A stretch of 63,527 nt of DNA, filler included, from Octopus bimaculoides (Eukaryota): the NCBI RefSeq assembly GCF_001194135.2. It is 7 parts of 7 records of this genome, joined end to end, with 100 filler letters (N's around TTAATTAATTAA, not from the genome) between each part and the next. Parts side by side here need not be neighbours in the genome. Positions count along the whole stretch, not along the records: positions 20,844 to 51,922 come from NC_069004.1; positions 52,023 to 54,074 come from NC_069002.1; positions 54,175 to 57,082 come from NC_068996.1; positions 57,183 to 59,218 come from NW_026319629.1; positions 59,319 to 62,203 come from NC_068986.1; 2 more parts are not named here. One strand, written 5' to 3'. Every line of letters begins with the position of its first letter. Position 1 is the stretch's first letter. This document shows positions 49,906-62,303 of this stretch, one piece after another. Below the pieces are notes generated by a model, which saw only the letters and a list, made by a program, of their open reading frames with translations, did not search any database and was not told the origin of the DNA. A program made the translations under genes and the position numbers.

Positions 49906-50749
49906 GTATGTATGTATGTATGTGTGTATGTCTGTCTGTCTGTATGTATATAAGTATTATGTATATTTATGTAGAGATATATTAACAAAGGTTATGTACA
50001 TCAGTGAGAAGATTACTAACAAATTATGCAATCAAACAAAAATACTTCCTGATGAATTCTATTATAAGCAACACAACAGCAGTAGTATTAGATTAAAACA
50101 GCCATCAATGCATTATATTTAATGCAGATACATCATGAAAAGGCAGTAGGTCACGAGAAAGCCTAGTCAGACAGGATTGTACATCTGGCATTCTCACCAT
50201 CACTGCTGAACAATTTTTATCTACTACCAATATGCTTTTGTTTTAAACACCTAAGGGATATTATTCCCCCATGGAAACCACAGTAAATTTGCACTTTCAC
50301 AGTGTATCTGCATTAAGTATGATATATGAATGACTATTTTATTCTAATATTGCTTCCGTTGCATATAATGGATTTTTATTCAATTGTGTAACTAATCATA
50401 ACAATGATTATTCAATCACTGTTTTATTATACCATTAGTGATGGACGTTGCCTTAGCATGTGGTTAACAGTTAGCACATGAGACTAACAAAGCTCAGAGA
50501 GATGGAAATGAGTATCTATCACCCTCACACCACACTATGTGATTTTTATCTGCTACAGATATAATTTTGTGTTTTTAAACATAGCATGTCCATTAGGGAT
50601 ACCACAGTAAGTCTACCTCTTTTGCAATGTATATGCTTTAAGTATGATACATGGATGACTACTTTCTGATATTTCATCCACATTGCATTAATACCCCTTG
50701 CTATTAGAAATATAGTGTAGTAGTCACTGGACTGATGAAAGCCTATAAT

Positions 50750-50930
50750 CAACAATGCTATTGATCACAAAAAAGCACATTTCTACTACATTGGTGAGGG
50801 CTGTGCAAGCCATGTACAGGAATTCTGTCAATAAGGTGAAATTTGACATGGAGTATAGCAATGAATTTAGTGTACAAGGAGGAGTTCACCAAGGATCAGT
50901 TCTCAGCGCCTTCTTGTTTATCAGTTCTAG
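50750..50930 (+). mobile_element. RTE RT fragment
   Basis: VQAMY...EFSVQGGVHQGSVLSAFLFI. Confidence 0.75.
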
Positions 50931-50936
50931 TTCTTT

Positions 50937-51240
50937 CTGTGAAGTTGCATGGCTTAGTGGTTAGGGTATTCGATTCACAATCATAAGGTCATGAGTTCGA
51001 TTTCCAGTGACACATTATGTCTTTGGACAAGACACTTTATTTTCCCGTTGCTCCAGTTCACTCAATTGACAAAAAATGAGTAGTACCTGTATTTCAAAGA
51101 TCCAGCCTTGTCACACTCTGTGTCATGCTGAATCTCCATTAGAAGTATGCTAAGGGTGTACGTGTCTGTGGAGTACTCATCCACTTGCACATTAATTTCA
51201 CGAGCAGGTTGTTCCATTGATTGAATCAGCTGAAACCCCA
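50937..51240 (+). mobile_element. tRNA SINE with an OK-type 3' module
   Basis: Colinear with the reverse complement of 10608-11012. Confidence 0.75.
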
Positions 51241-51297
51241 ACACCTATACTTCTTTCTGTTTATTCAAAGAGTTTCTCTTCTTTTTAATCATTTCAG

Positions 51298-51441
51298 TTT
51301 AGGCAATTGAACGCAATGTATGAGCAACTTCGTTACATATTCAAGCAGGAACTACACCAGACGAACGAGGCTGTCTTAAATGCTGATACACGAATGGCAG
51401 AAAGGAAACGGCAAATTCAAGATCTTTCAGAAAAGTTAGAG
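51298..51441 (+). CDS. CEP63: CEP63/DEUP1-like exon 7 (FRQLNAMYEQLRYIFKQEL...RQIQDLSEKLE); next exon not found in the window
   Basis: Pyrimidine tract + tttcag acceptor, GAG|gtagtg donor; YEQLR and QIQDLSEKLE parallel recalled human YEKLQ and EIERLTAKIE. Confidence 0.8.
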
Positions 51442-51597
51442 GTAGTGACTTATGTTCTGTCAAGAGAAAACTCATGTCACCCACCTATCCCTCTCCTTCT
51501 CTCCTCCTCTCCCTCCCTCTCATTCTCTCTCTCTCTCTTTTTCTCCCCCCTTCTCTCCCCTCTCTCCCTCCTTCTCAATCTCTCGCATTCTCTCTCT

Positions 51598-51905
51598 CTC
51601 ACTCAAGTTCCAGAGGAGTGCGATGTGATCATTTTCAAGTACTGGGGGTGGTTTGTGTTCCCACCAGTTTTTATCATGGGGCAAGTCCAGGTTTTTGCAT
51701 ATTACCCAGTGAATATATTGTGCAGCTCTATCATGCCTGTTGAGATACTCTGTAGGCGCAAGCAAACTGCACATGGAGACAACATGATCAATGGTCTCAT
51801 TTTGTTGTAGGCATATACGACATAATGGGAAGCTGCCGTTCTTTAATATGTTGGCCTGGTAGTTCTTTGTAGGTAGGCATTGATCTTGGGCTGCTATGAT
51901 AAACC
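51598..51905 (-). mobile_element. R4/Dong-like non-LTR retrotransposon fragment
   Basis: CSLLAPTEYLNRHDRAAQYIHWVICKNLDLPHDKNWWEHKPPPVLEND, as recalled for the RHD motif region of R4-clade elements. Confidence 0.75.
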
Positions 51906-51922
51906 CCTCTGTTTCTGATTTC

Positions 51923-52022
51923 NNNNNNNNNNNNNNNNNNNNNNNNNNNNNNNNNNNNNNNNNNNNTTAATTAATTAANNNNNNNNNNNNNNNNNNNNNN
52001 NNNNNNNNNNNNNNNNNNNNNN
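51923..52022. other. Artificial contig-join pad
   Basis: 44 N + TTAATTAATTAA + 44 N. Confidence 0.95.
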
Positions 52023-52189
52023 CATGACACAAGTTACACCAATATTTTCTTATATAACGAAACACTCGGTGGTTTAAGTCATAAAGAAGTCTCAAGATCG
52101 ATAGAGCTAACAAAAACTTGTAAAATCATTCTGGTGCTTTGGAGGCATAAATGTTATTGGAACAACTCGACATTATGTACACACGTTAA

Positions 52190-52405
52190 AGTGACGAGCT
52201 GCAGAACCGTTAGCACGCCGGGTGAAATGCTTCGCGGTATTTCGCCCGTCGCTACAATCCGAGTTCAAATGCTACCGATGTTGATTTTGCCTTTCATCCT
52301 TTTGGGGGTCGATAAATTAAGTACCAGTGAAACACTGAGGTCGATGTAATCGACTAGTTCCCTCCCCAAAAATTTCAGGCCTTATGCTTTCGTAGAAAGG
52401 ATTAT
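52190..52405 (+). mobile_element. Meta/MESC-like tRNA SINE
   Basis: Colinear with 37160-37357. Confidence 0.75.
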
Positions 52406-52709
52406 GTACACGCGTGTACATACAAGCTATCTATTCTGCTTTATATAATCTATCATCTTTATTATGAATATTTATATAATTTATATTTATTCTTATTTTT
52501 ACAATTCTATTTTTCTATCTTTATTCAGCAATATACATTGATATTTAATGTCAAATGATCCAACATAGCTATATCTAAATATATTACTGTATGCTTGTAA
52601 AATGCCAAATTTCATGTTCTATTTTTCTTAAACGTCTGAAGATTGGTAAAGAGTAAATCAGAGTAACAAATTATGAAACTTCACCTTATATCCATATTTA
52701 TATCAACAG

Positions 52710-52894
52710 GTGGTCACGTGGTCATTGTGATGAGGAAGGAGTACCTGACTTATGTATTAGACTACAAAGACAAACTATTGCCATTATTTCACCGCCTTGA
52801 AGAAGAGAAGAAATGGAAAATGATATCTGATAAAGAAGTTCCCAATTATTCATTTAATAAAACAGGAATTGTGTTCATATTTTCAGTTCTTTAG
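52710..52894 (+). CDS. METTL27: Terminal exon of a METTL27/WBSCR27-like class I methyltransferase; upstream exons not found in the window
   Basis: tatcaacag acceptor, phase 1; GGHVVIVMRKEYLTYVLDYKDKLLPLF...WKMISDKEVPNYSFNKTGIVFIFSVL* matches the recalled mollusc METTL27-like C-terminus; family-level call only. Confidence 0.7.
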
Positions 52895-54074
52895 AATGTT
52901 AAAAGAATTTTCTAAATAGAGTTAAACGTATGTGTTGATATTATATTTACACACATATATTTATATAACATATCATATATCATAGTTTGGGACTTTAAAT
53001 TAAAATTTTCTTTTGTTTTTCTATATTTTATTATGCATTTACAAGGTATGGAACTATTTTTTTTTAAATTCATTCATTAACAATATATTTAACAACCCGG
53101 TTAAACACGAAACGTATTTACTTTTGTTTTTCTTCAGCCGAGTCACCGTGTTTTCGGAATTAACACTTGAACTCTAGTTTGAGGATGAATGACAAAATTC
53201 TTTCATGGGTTATTTTCTTCTACATCAACTACATGTAATTTCCTCATTCTGAACACCTGCATCTGTTGTAACATCATGGAGATCAGGCATAATTCATGGG
53301 TATTGCACTGTACTCACTGATGAAGTCATAATAAGTTACTTTAATTTAATCACAGGGCTTTAGATTATTCTTGAAAGTAAATTCTAGCATTTACTTTCCA
53401 GAAAGCAAAATTCTAGAAATTTGCTGTTGTGTATACTTTTGAAATAATTTTAAAAGATGGTTAGCCCTATATCCATTAATATTTTAAGACAAAAGATATC
53501 TAAAAATATATTGAAATTGAATGTTTACGAAAATATTTTTTCTGTATAAGATAATATATGTATATGTATGTTCTCTATTTTCTTTGGGTTAATAATAAAG
53601 ATTTGTGTAAATCTTTCTTGTGACGGTTTCTTGTTTGTATGCGAATGCATTAAATGTTTATGATATTGTACACTTGCATAGCCATGCGCCTCACTCACTT
53701 CTTTTCGCTTCCTCACGTGTGTGCGCGCGCGCGCGTAGTAGTAACTCTACTGACAGAATCATTAGTACGCCGATCGAAATACTTAACGGCATTTCGTCCA
53801 TCTTTACTGTTATATGGACTGTTAGATATGTAATTCGTCTGACGTTCCGTGTGTCATGTGGTTCGTCTGAGTTCATTGTTTCATTGTTGTTGTCTTGTGG
53901 GACTGTCGTAGAAAATGTCATTGATATATATATGGCGGACATGACTTTTGTTTATTCATAACGAACATTGGGTGAGTGCGTTCTTTGTATGTAATTGAAC
54001 AATAAATGTAATAATTAAATTGTATAACTCGTTATGTTATCTCTGCGAGTCAGTCCGAGGGAAACATAACATTT

Positions 54075-54174
54075 NNNNNNNNNNNNNNNNNNNNNNNNNN
54101 NNNNNNNNNNNNNNNNNNTTAATTAATTAANNNNNNNNNNNNNNNNNNNNNNNNNNNNNNNNNNNNNNNNNNNN
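54075..54174. other. Artificial contig-join pad
   Basis: 44 N + TTAATTAATTAA + 44 N. Confidence 0.95.
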
Positions 54175-54200
54175 GTGCGTGCGTGCGTGTGTGTGTGTGA

Positions 54201-54281
<81 letters not shown>

Positions 54282-54830
54282 TATCTTGATACATCTGTGG
54301 ATATACCTGCACGCATATAACTGGTGCGCATGTCTTTTTAGTTCATGAATACGTGCGTTTATTTTCCTTTTATACTTTGCTGTGTGTGGAATGAGGAGCG
54401 GAATCCATTTGAAACTGTTGAGCCTGATGACTTTAATGTTCCACTCCAACTGTTACAAGTCGACTCATGCAGGAAAGAAATAAGCAGAGAGAAGACTCAA
54501 GAGGGATGATATTATAAGAGAGGACGGTTTGGGCATAATGATTAGTGCTAGAAAAGGGTGACTGGAAGCCTCACGTGTGGTGAAAGATGGAAAGATAAGT
54601 GGGACAGAGGTAGAAGATCAATTCTTAACGTATGATTTTTTTTTTTTTTTTGTCATATACGTAAGTGAATGTGTACATATATTCATTCCAGTATCTTTGG
54701 AAAGCTTTAAAAATCTTAGGGGTACTTACCCACCTTATAGCGATTGGATTTAAAGGATGTATCTAAGTTTGTTTCGTTCTTTCTTTTACTTTTATTTCTA
54801 CGTTTTATGCAAATCTGTTGTTCCATAGAC

Positions 54831-55129
54831 CAGTGCTACTCAAAGTGGTGGTCCGCGGACCGGTGCCGGTCTGCGAGCCTTCAGCTGCCGGTACGTGGCG
54901 AGTTTCCAGAAAAGAAAGAAACATTATAAAATGCTTATAAAATGCTTATGTAATATTGTATTATTTGTTTACAAAATAAATATAAGATAATTGTCAACTT
55001 TTATTATATTCATTATATATATTGTATCCGGTAAAAATTATCATTACTAAGAAATATTACCGATCCCTGGTACATCGGGGGGGGGGAAAAACTGTCAGTG
55101 CGCCACATCAGATAGTTAGAGAAGCACTG
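54831..55129. mobile_element. hAT (Charlie-like) MITE
   Basis: Termini cagtgctactc / gagaagcactg; flanks ccatagac and ccccagac (6/8 match). Confidence 0.7.
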
Positions 55130-55570
55130 CCCCAGACTACTTCGCCAATAATAATTGGTACTAATAGGGATCTAAAATTTGACTAGAAGTGTTATGAATT
55201 ACACATGAGTTCACCACAGATGTTTGCTTTTTCTCAGAACATTAGACAAGATATACACACTCAGTGAGCACTGATCTCTATGACATCAGGTCTGTTGAGT
55301 TCGCTGTTTTTATTCGAATGCTTCGCCAGTATTTCGTATTCTTAAAGATGTTGATATATTTTGGTTCGGCATATGACCATCTGGGTAATATTTTTGTAAA
55401 TAGTTTTGGTAACATAAACGCAAGCATCGCTTCTTGGTAAGATTTGCAATCACGTGCTTTCAGTGTCAGTTCCTTGGTGTGGAATATTGGGCAAATGTCA
55501 GCTTGTATAACCCGGACTGACCAATGCCTCGTGAGTCAATTTGGTAAACGGGAACCGTTTGGAATCTTGT

Positions 55571-55667
<97 letters not shown>

Positions 55668-55682
55668 ACACGCGAGTCTATA

Positions 55683-56065
55683 TATTTCGTCTGTCTTTAC
55701 GTTCTGAGTTCAAATTCCGCCGAGGTCAATTTTGTCTTTCATTCTTTCGAGGTCGATAAATTAAGTAACAGTTGCGTACTAGGGTCGATCTAATCGACTG
55801 GCACTCTCCCCAAAAATGTCAGGCCTTGTGCCTAAAGTAAAAAAGAATATAGTGGTTAAAAGAAGGCGGCGCGCTGGCAGAAATGCTTAGCGGTATTTCG
55901 TCTGTCTTCATGTTTTGAGTCCAAATCTCGCCGAAGTCGACTTTACCTTTCATACTTTCAAGGTCGATAAATTGCGTACAGGGGATCGATCTAACTGACT
56001 GGCCCTCTCCCCAAAAATGTCGAGCCTTGTGCCTAGAGTTGAAAAGAATATAGCAGTTAAGAGCT
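55683..56065 (+). mobile_element. Two head-to-tail Meta/MESC-like SINEs
   Basis: Two colinear units of about 190 bp sharing the gaatatag flank. Confidence 0.75.
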
Positions 56066-56869
56066 ATTTTTGTTCCTAAAAGAGCCAAGAATATATTCTT
56101 TAAAGTGGGATGATACATATCAATCACAGGTCCAAGAGAGATTATTCTTTCTAACCTATTGCTGTACTTAGCTATATATATATATATATCTGCCAGTATG
56201 TATATATGTCCATAACAGCGGTGCAGAGAGGCATTTCTCAATGCCTCTCTGCATTTATAGATGTACATAGACATCGATAGAGAAAGTGATAGAGAGATTA
56301 TTAGACAGATATAGGTAACCGTGTGTATGTATGTATGCGTGCATATGTATTTGTGTGTATGCAGGTTTGTGCATATTTATACATGTGTGTATATGTGTAG
56401 GCTTTTCTTTGTGCCAGTGTGTATGCATATATATGTATGTTTGTGTTTGTGTTTGTTTTTGTGCATGCGCGCGCATGTGTGTGTGTTTGTGTATGCGCGT
56501 GTGCGTATGTGTGTGTTTGTGTATGCGCGTGTGCGTATATGTGTGTTTGTGTGTGTTTGTGTATGCGCGTGTGCGTATATGTGTGTTTGTGTGTATTAAG
56601 AGTGTATGTGTATGAGAGAGAATGTGTGTGCATGTATGTATGTTTGAGTGCCTGTGAGCGTTTGTGTGTATGCATACGTGCGTTTATATCTGTGCATGCG
56701 TGTGTGTATGCGTGTGTATGTTTGTGTGTGTATGCGTGTGTATGTTTGTGTGTGTATGTGTATGCGTATGAATCAGATTAGGACTTATAATAATCAAATT
56801 AGCATTTTGAAAAATAGAATAATCATTATCTGCAAGAATGATTTAAAAAGAGAGAAAGGAAAGCAAAAA

Positions 56870-57082
56870 AAGTGTGGTGAGGAAGAAAAGGAGGAGGAGG
56901 AAGAAAAGGAGGAGGAAGAAAAGGAGGAAGAGGAAGAAAAGGAGGAGGAAGAAAAGGAGGAGGAGGGGTGGAGGAGGAAGAAAAGGAGGAGGAGGAAAAG
57001 GAGGAGGAGGAGGAGGAGGAGGAGGAAGAAAAGGAGGAGGAAGAAAAAGGAGGAGGAAGAAAAGGAGGAGGAAGAACAGGAG
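56870..57082 (+). repeat. Purine-rich (GAG/GAA)n low-complexity tract
   Basis: Direct reading of the sequence. Confidence 0.9.
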
Positions 57083-57182
57083 NNNNNNNNNNNNNNNNNN
57101 NNNNNNNNNNNNNNNNNNNNNNNNNNTTAATTAATTAANNNNNNNNNNNNNNNNNNNNNNNNNNNNNNNNNNNNNNNNNNNN
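57083..57182. other. Artificial contig-join pad
   Basis: 44 N + TTAATTAATTAA + 44 N. Confidence 0.95.
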
Positions 57183-58669
57183 CTGTGGAGTGCTCAGCCA
57201 CTTGCACGTTAATTTCACGAGCAAGCTGTTCTCATGGGAACTGCCCATATCCTACGCAAAATACTGTCTATGTAATCTTAAATTTCAAAACAAACTCATA
57301 ATTTTCTTGTTTTCTAACTGGAAAATTCTAACTGGGCCCCACCTGCAAGGTCATGCGCTGTTTATCTTGATATGAGATCACCATATCGCACACATATGGT
57401 TGTGATGCATGTGCCTGGTGTACCCTTATCAGACGGGTAGTCATGATGGGTATACTGGACTTCGTATATTTGTACCCCAGTGTCACTTTGATGGCATGCA
57501 CTGCTCTCTCACTCAATAATAATAATAATAGACACAACAGTCGACCTACTCAACAAAAACCCTTCAAGGCTTTGGTGCTCCGGAATGGTTGCCGCAGAAT
57601 GACTGAAATAAAACAAAAATAAAAGATGAAAGCTGAAACGATAGGGTTAAATATCAGCGACATTAACGTCACTATTTTTAGCAGAACAATCCTTGCTTCC
57701 GACATTTATTGAAAAGCGATGATCTACCGTTTCAAATATTTTAAAGGAAGCAACGACAAGCCATACACAATAAAATAAGTAGGTCACACCATTGAATTAG
57801 TCTGTGATTTCTTTTTTGTCTTGGTTTTCATGGCTATTTGACTTCGTAATTTAGTGTGAGTAAAACTGAAAGGAAGCAGACGACACCCTTTCGTTTCTTT
57901 ACTTACTTTCGTCGTGGATGAAATCTTTTCAATGGTGGACTCTAACGGCTATTTTTAGATGTCTGGTTTTTTCTGCCTCTCCTTCCTCCTCATCTTCTTT
58001 TGCCTCCTCTTCCACTCCTCCCCCGTCTTCTTCCTTTCCTTCTTCTTCTACTTATTCTTCTCCAGGTTAGTCTAATTCTTCTCCACATACTTTACATTCT
58101 TCTTCTTCTTCTTCTTCTTCTTCTTCTTCTTCTTCTTCTTCTTCTTCTTCTTCTTCTTCTTCTTCTTCTTCTTGTTTTAGCCATTAGGCTCAGACCACGC
58201 AGGAGCACTTCCTTGAATGGTTCAATGGAATAAAAACAGAACNNNNNNNNNNNNNNNNNNNNNNNNNNNNNNNNNNNNNNNNNNNNNNNNNNNNNNNNNN
58301 NNNNNNNNNNNNNNNNNNNNNNNNNNNNNNNNNNNNNNNNNNNNNNNNNNNNNNNNNNNNNNNNNNNNNNNNNNNNNNNNNNNNNNNNNNNNNNNNNNNN
58401 NNNNNNNNNNNNNNNNNNNNNNNNNNNNNNNNNNNNNNNNNNNNNNNNNNNNNNNNNNNNNNNNNNNNNNNNNNNATATATATATATATATATACGTAGG
58501 GCTTCCATACAGTTTCCGCCGATCAAATTCACTCAGAAAGCATTGGTCATTCTAGAGCTGTAGCTGAAGACACTCACCCAAAATGCTGGGTGGAGTGGGG
58601 ACCGAACCCTAAACCACGTTGTTTGAAAATCGACATCTTAAACTACTGAATTTAATATTTGTTGAGTAT

Positions 58670-58874
58670 AAGGCAGCAACGTGGCCGAATCGTTAGCTTA
58701 ACGGCATTTCGTTCGTCTTTATGCTCTGAGTTCAAATTCCATCGGGGTCGACTTTGCCTTTCATCCTTTCGGGGTCGATAAATTAAGTACCAGTTGCGTA
58801 TTGTGTCGATCTAATCGACTGGTCCCCTTCCCCAAAAAATTTCAAGCCTTTTGCCTTTAGTAGAAAGGATTAGT

Positions 58875-58907
<33 letters not shown>

Positions 58908-59085
58908 ATTAAGGTGGTAAGCTGGCCGAAACGTTAGCACGCCGAGTGAAATGCTTAGCGGTATTTCGTCTGTCTTTACGTTCTGAGTTCAAATTCCGCC
59001 GCGGTCGACTTTGTCTTTCATCCTTTCGGGGTCGATAAATTAAGTACCAGTTGTAGGCTTTGTGCTTTTAGTAGAAAGAATTATT
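58670..59085 (+). mobile_element. Two head-to-tail Meta/MESC-like SINEs separated by (GTT)n
   Basis: Two colinear units, each ending tagtagaaag. Confidence 0.75.
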
Positions 59086-59218
59086 ATTATTATTATTGTT
59101 CAGTAGTTTTTATTTTTATAACGTGCTTTCACTTCACTACCAAGCGCAGCTCTGTGCGCCTTGGGTATGTGCTGTGGTTTGCTGTGGTGCTCTTATGGTT
59201 ACTGTATTGAAAGTGTTT

Positions 59219-59318
59219 NNNNNNNNNNNNNNNNNNNNNNNNNNNNNNNNNNNNNNNNNNNNTTAATTAATTAANNNNNNNNNNNNNNNNNNNNNNNNNN
59301 NNNNNNNNNNNNNNNNNN
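59219..59318. other. Artificial contig-join pad
   Basis: 44 N + TTAATTAATTAA + 44 N. Confidence 0.95.
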
Positions 59319-59553
59319 ATATGGTGGATCTTGCATGCATGAAGTGGATTCGATCCACTATAGCCAAATTTAAATTAACACTGCAACAGAACCTTTCCCA
59401 CGGTTGAACAATGGTTTTTCTCTGACAGCAGTTTAATATTTTCCAGATGCTTTAGCTAGGCAGAAATAATGTCTTCACCACTTGACCCTTCCGAACCTCA
59501 TCTACTCCACTAAAAGCTAGAATAGAGATAACAAGTCCACCAACTAAATCTAT

Positions 59554-60019
59554 TGTTCTCAATAATATATCTATCCTTTTAGATAGTTATAAAAGCAAGA
59601 AACCCCAAGAAAAATTTAGTTTAGTCACCAGTCGGTGACGACTCAACCAGTCCGGTCACATGGTGACGACTCAGTGAGAACGAAGTCTGGCTGACCAGCT
59701 AGAACCTCGACCAGGGTGAGAAAGAAGGTTACAACCAGCCAACTATGAGACACAACTTCCCTCGACTCTATAACTTTCACTAGCTCACTTTCTTTTCTCT
59801 GTAACATTACCATATCTCTGTTTATATACTGCTACAAGATCGTGTACACACATATACAGGCCGAAATTAACTTTCTTTACCTTGCATGCTTTACGAACTG
59901 TGTTATACTATTACACTAACCTACCCGTCGTGGTATGGCATTTATTAAAGTAACGGTAAATACATATTTCTTCTTTACAACTTCGATCACTGTTCATCGT
60001 TCACCTTACAATCGTTACA
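59554..60019 (+). mobile_element. Possible LTR-like segment
   Basis: Starts TG, ends CA followed by attggt; internal ATTAAA and a short ggtgacgactca repeat; no second LTR or internal ORF seen. Confidence 0.3.
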
Positions 60020-60068
60020 ATTGGTAACTACACAAAATTATCATCGCGACAAACAAAATCTTATCGTT

Positions 60069-60106
<38 letters not shown>

Positions 60107-60124
60107 GTGTATATATATAATTAT

Positions 60125-61250
60125 CATCATCATCATCGTCATCATCATCATTAACGTCCATTTTCCATGCTGTCATGGGTTGGACGGTTTGACTGAAAGC
60201 TGGTAAGCCGAGGAGCTGCACCAGGTTCTGATCTAATTTAGTAAGGTTTCTACAGCTGAATTCCCCATCCTAATGCCTACCACTCCGAGAGTGTAGTGAG
60301 AATTTTTTTACATGCCACCAGCACGAGTACCATTGGCCTGATGCCGACATCGGTCACGACTACGGTCTTACTTATCTTGACAGATCTACACAAGCACAGT
60401 ATCTCGCCAAAGGTCTCGGTCACCTGTCATTGCCTCCATGAGGCCCAACGCTCGAACGATGCTTTTTACATGCTACCGGCACGGGTGCCAGTCAGACAGC
60501 ACTGGCACCGGCCACGACTACGATTTCACTTGGCTCAACAGGTCTTCATAAGCCAAGCGTATCTCCCAACGCTTGAAGAGTGCTTTTAATGGGCTAGTTA
60601 CGCGACACTGGTATCGGCCATGACTACGATCACACTTGGCTTGACGGGTCTTCTCAAGCACAGCGTATCACCAAAGGTCTCGGTCGCTTGTCATTGCCTC
60701 TGTGATGTTTAACATTCGGAGATTGCGCTTCACCACTTCGTCCTATGTCTTCCTGAGTGTACCTCTTCTACAGGTTCCTTCCACCTTTAGAGGGCGACAC
60801 TAGAGGGCGACAGCTGTCCTTGTCCATACGCATCACATGACTATACCAGCGCAGTCGTCTCTCTTGCACACCACGTCTGACGCCTCTTATATCCAACTTT
60901 TCTCTCGGGATGCTTACACTCTGTCATGGATGCACACTGACATTACACATCCAGCGAAGCATACTAGTGTCATTTCTTACAAGTCTACGCATGTCATTGG
61001 CAGTCACAGCCTATGTTTCACTGCCTTGTAGCATGGCTATTTTCACACAGACATCATACAGTCTGCCTTTCATTCTGAGTGAGAGGCCCTTTGTTACCAG
61101 CCTAGGTAGGAGCTCTCTGAACTTTGCGCAGCTTATTCGTATTCTAACAGCTACGCTCTCAGAATGTTTACCCCTGCTACTGACCTGGTCACCCAGATAA
61201 CAGTAGTTATTGACTATTTCTAGTTTTCCCCGCTGACACATGATGGAGTC
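60125..61250 (-). mobile_element. RTE LINE 3' fragment with 3' UTR and (GAT)n tail
   Basis: LEIVNNYCYLGDQVS...KFRELLPRLVTKGLSLRMKGRLYDVCV, QERRLRWYSHVMRMDKD. Confidence 0.85.
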
Positions 61251-61258
61251 TACTTTCT

Positions 61259-61303
<45 letters not shown>

Positions 61304-61406
61304 TATATATATATGGGAGAATGTACGAAAAAAAAACAACAGACGAGGACATGTGGTGTAAACAACAAAAGGATGTATTAGTTTGACGCTCGGGAATACA
61401 GAAAGT

Positions 61407-61441
61407 CTTTAACGTTTCGAGCTACGCTCTTCAACAGAAAG
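61407..61441 (-). ncRNA. Hammerhead-like motif, A6U core variant
   Basis: CUUU CUGUUGA A GAGC gua GCUC GAA ACGU U AAAG. Confidence 0.5.
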
Positions 61442-61532
61442 AATACGGAGATAACAAGGAGAAAAACACGGAGAAAAAAATTGAATGGTGTTTGGTCAGC
61501 GATTAATCATGGCGTCTGCGGACGGAAAGTTG

Positions 61533-61598
<66 letters not shown>

Positions 61599-62000
61599 CA
61601 CATATTCATACTCATGCTCTAAATGTGTTCTTGCGTATGTTGCATGCACTAACACACACATGCACACCCATACACCCAATAGCATACAAACATACATACA
61701 TACATGCACACACATACACACACATACACACAGAGTTATCCGTATATTGTCCACCTTCAGATTTACTCTGTGCTTTCCAGTATTATGCGTACTTCTAGGT
61801 TTCTGTTTGGGCATCTGTCACGTATAAACAGATAATTGGAACAACTGGAGTCAACAAGAAGGCGTACTTTTAGACATTTATTTTTTAATCACTACGATTG
61901 TTTCCACGCAACATAGTTCTCCATTCGGGTTGTATTTCTATATATACGTATGCATGCCTCTCCACGTTTTTAGCATGCATGGATGTATATATATATCTAC

Positions 62001-62076
<76 letters not shown>

Positions 62077-62203
62077 GTGTGTGTGTGTGTGTGTGCGTCC
62101 GTCTATATATGTGTGAATACACGCGCATCTGTGTATGTATATGTATGTGCATATATGTGAGTGCGTACGTATCCGTATCTATTTGCATGTGTGTGTGTGT
62201 GTG

Positions 62204-62303
62204 NNNNNNNNNNNNNNNNNNNNNNNNNNNNNNNNNNNNNNNNNNNNTTAATTAATTAANNNNNNNNNNNNNNNNNNNNNNNNNNNNNNNNNNNNNNNNN
62301 NNN
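62204..62303. other. Artificial contig-join pad
   Basis: 44 N + TTAATTAATTAA + 44 N. Confidence 0.95.

Noticed and set aside
53138-53171. Strong acceptor giving PSHRVFGINT* as a possible last exon of the CEP63-like gene
   Set aside because: Lies beyond a contig pad and does not resemble the expected next exon (recalled EFRQKSLDWE)
56648-57134. Glu/Arg/Gly-rich ORFs
   Set aside because: Translation of a (GAG/GAA)n simple repeat
2775-62255. Long ORFs made of YI/CV/HT repeats and X runs in the ORF track
   Set aside because: Translations of microsatellites and N gaps, not genes
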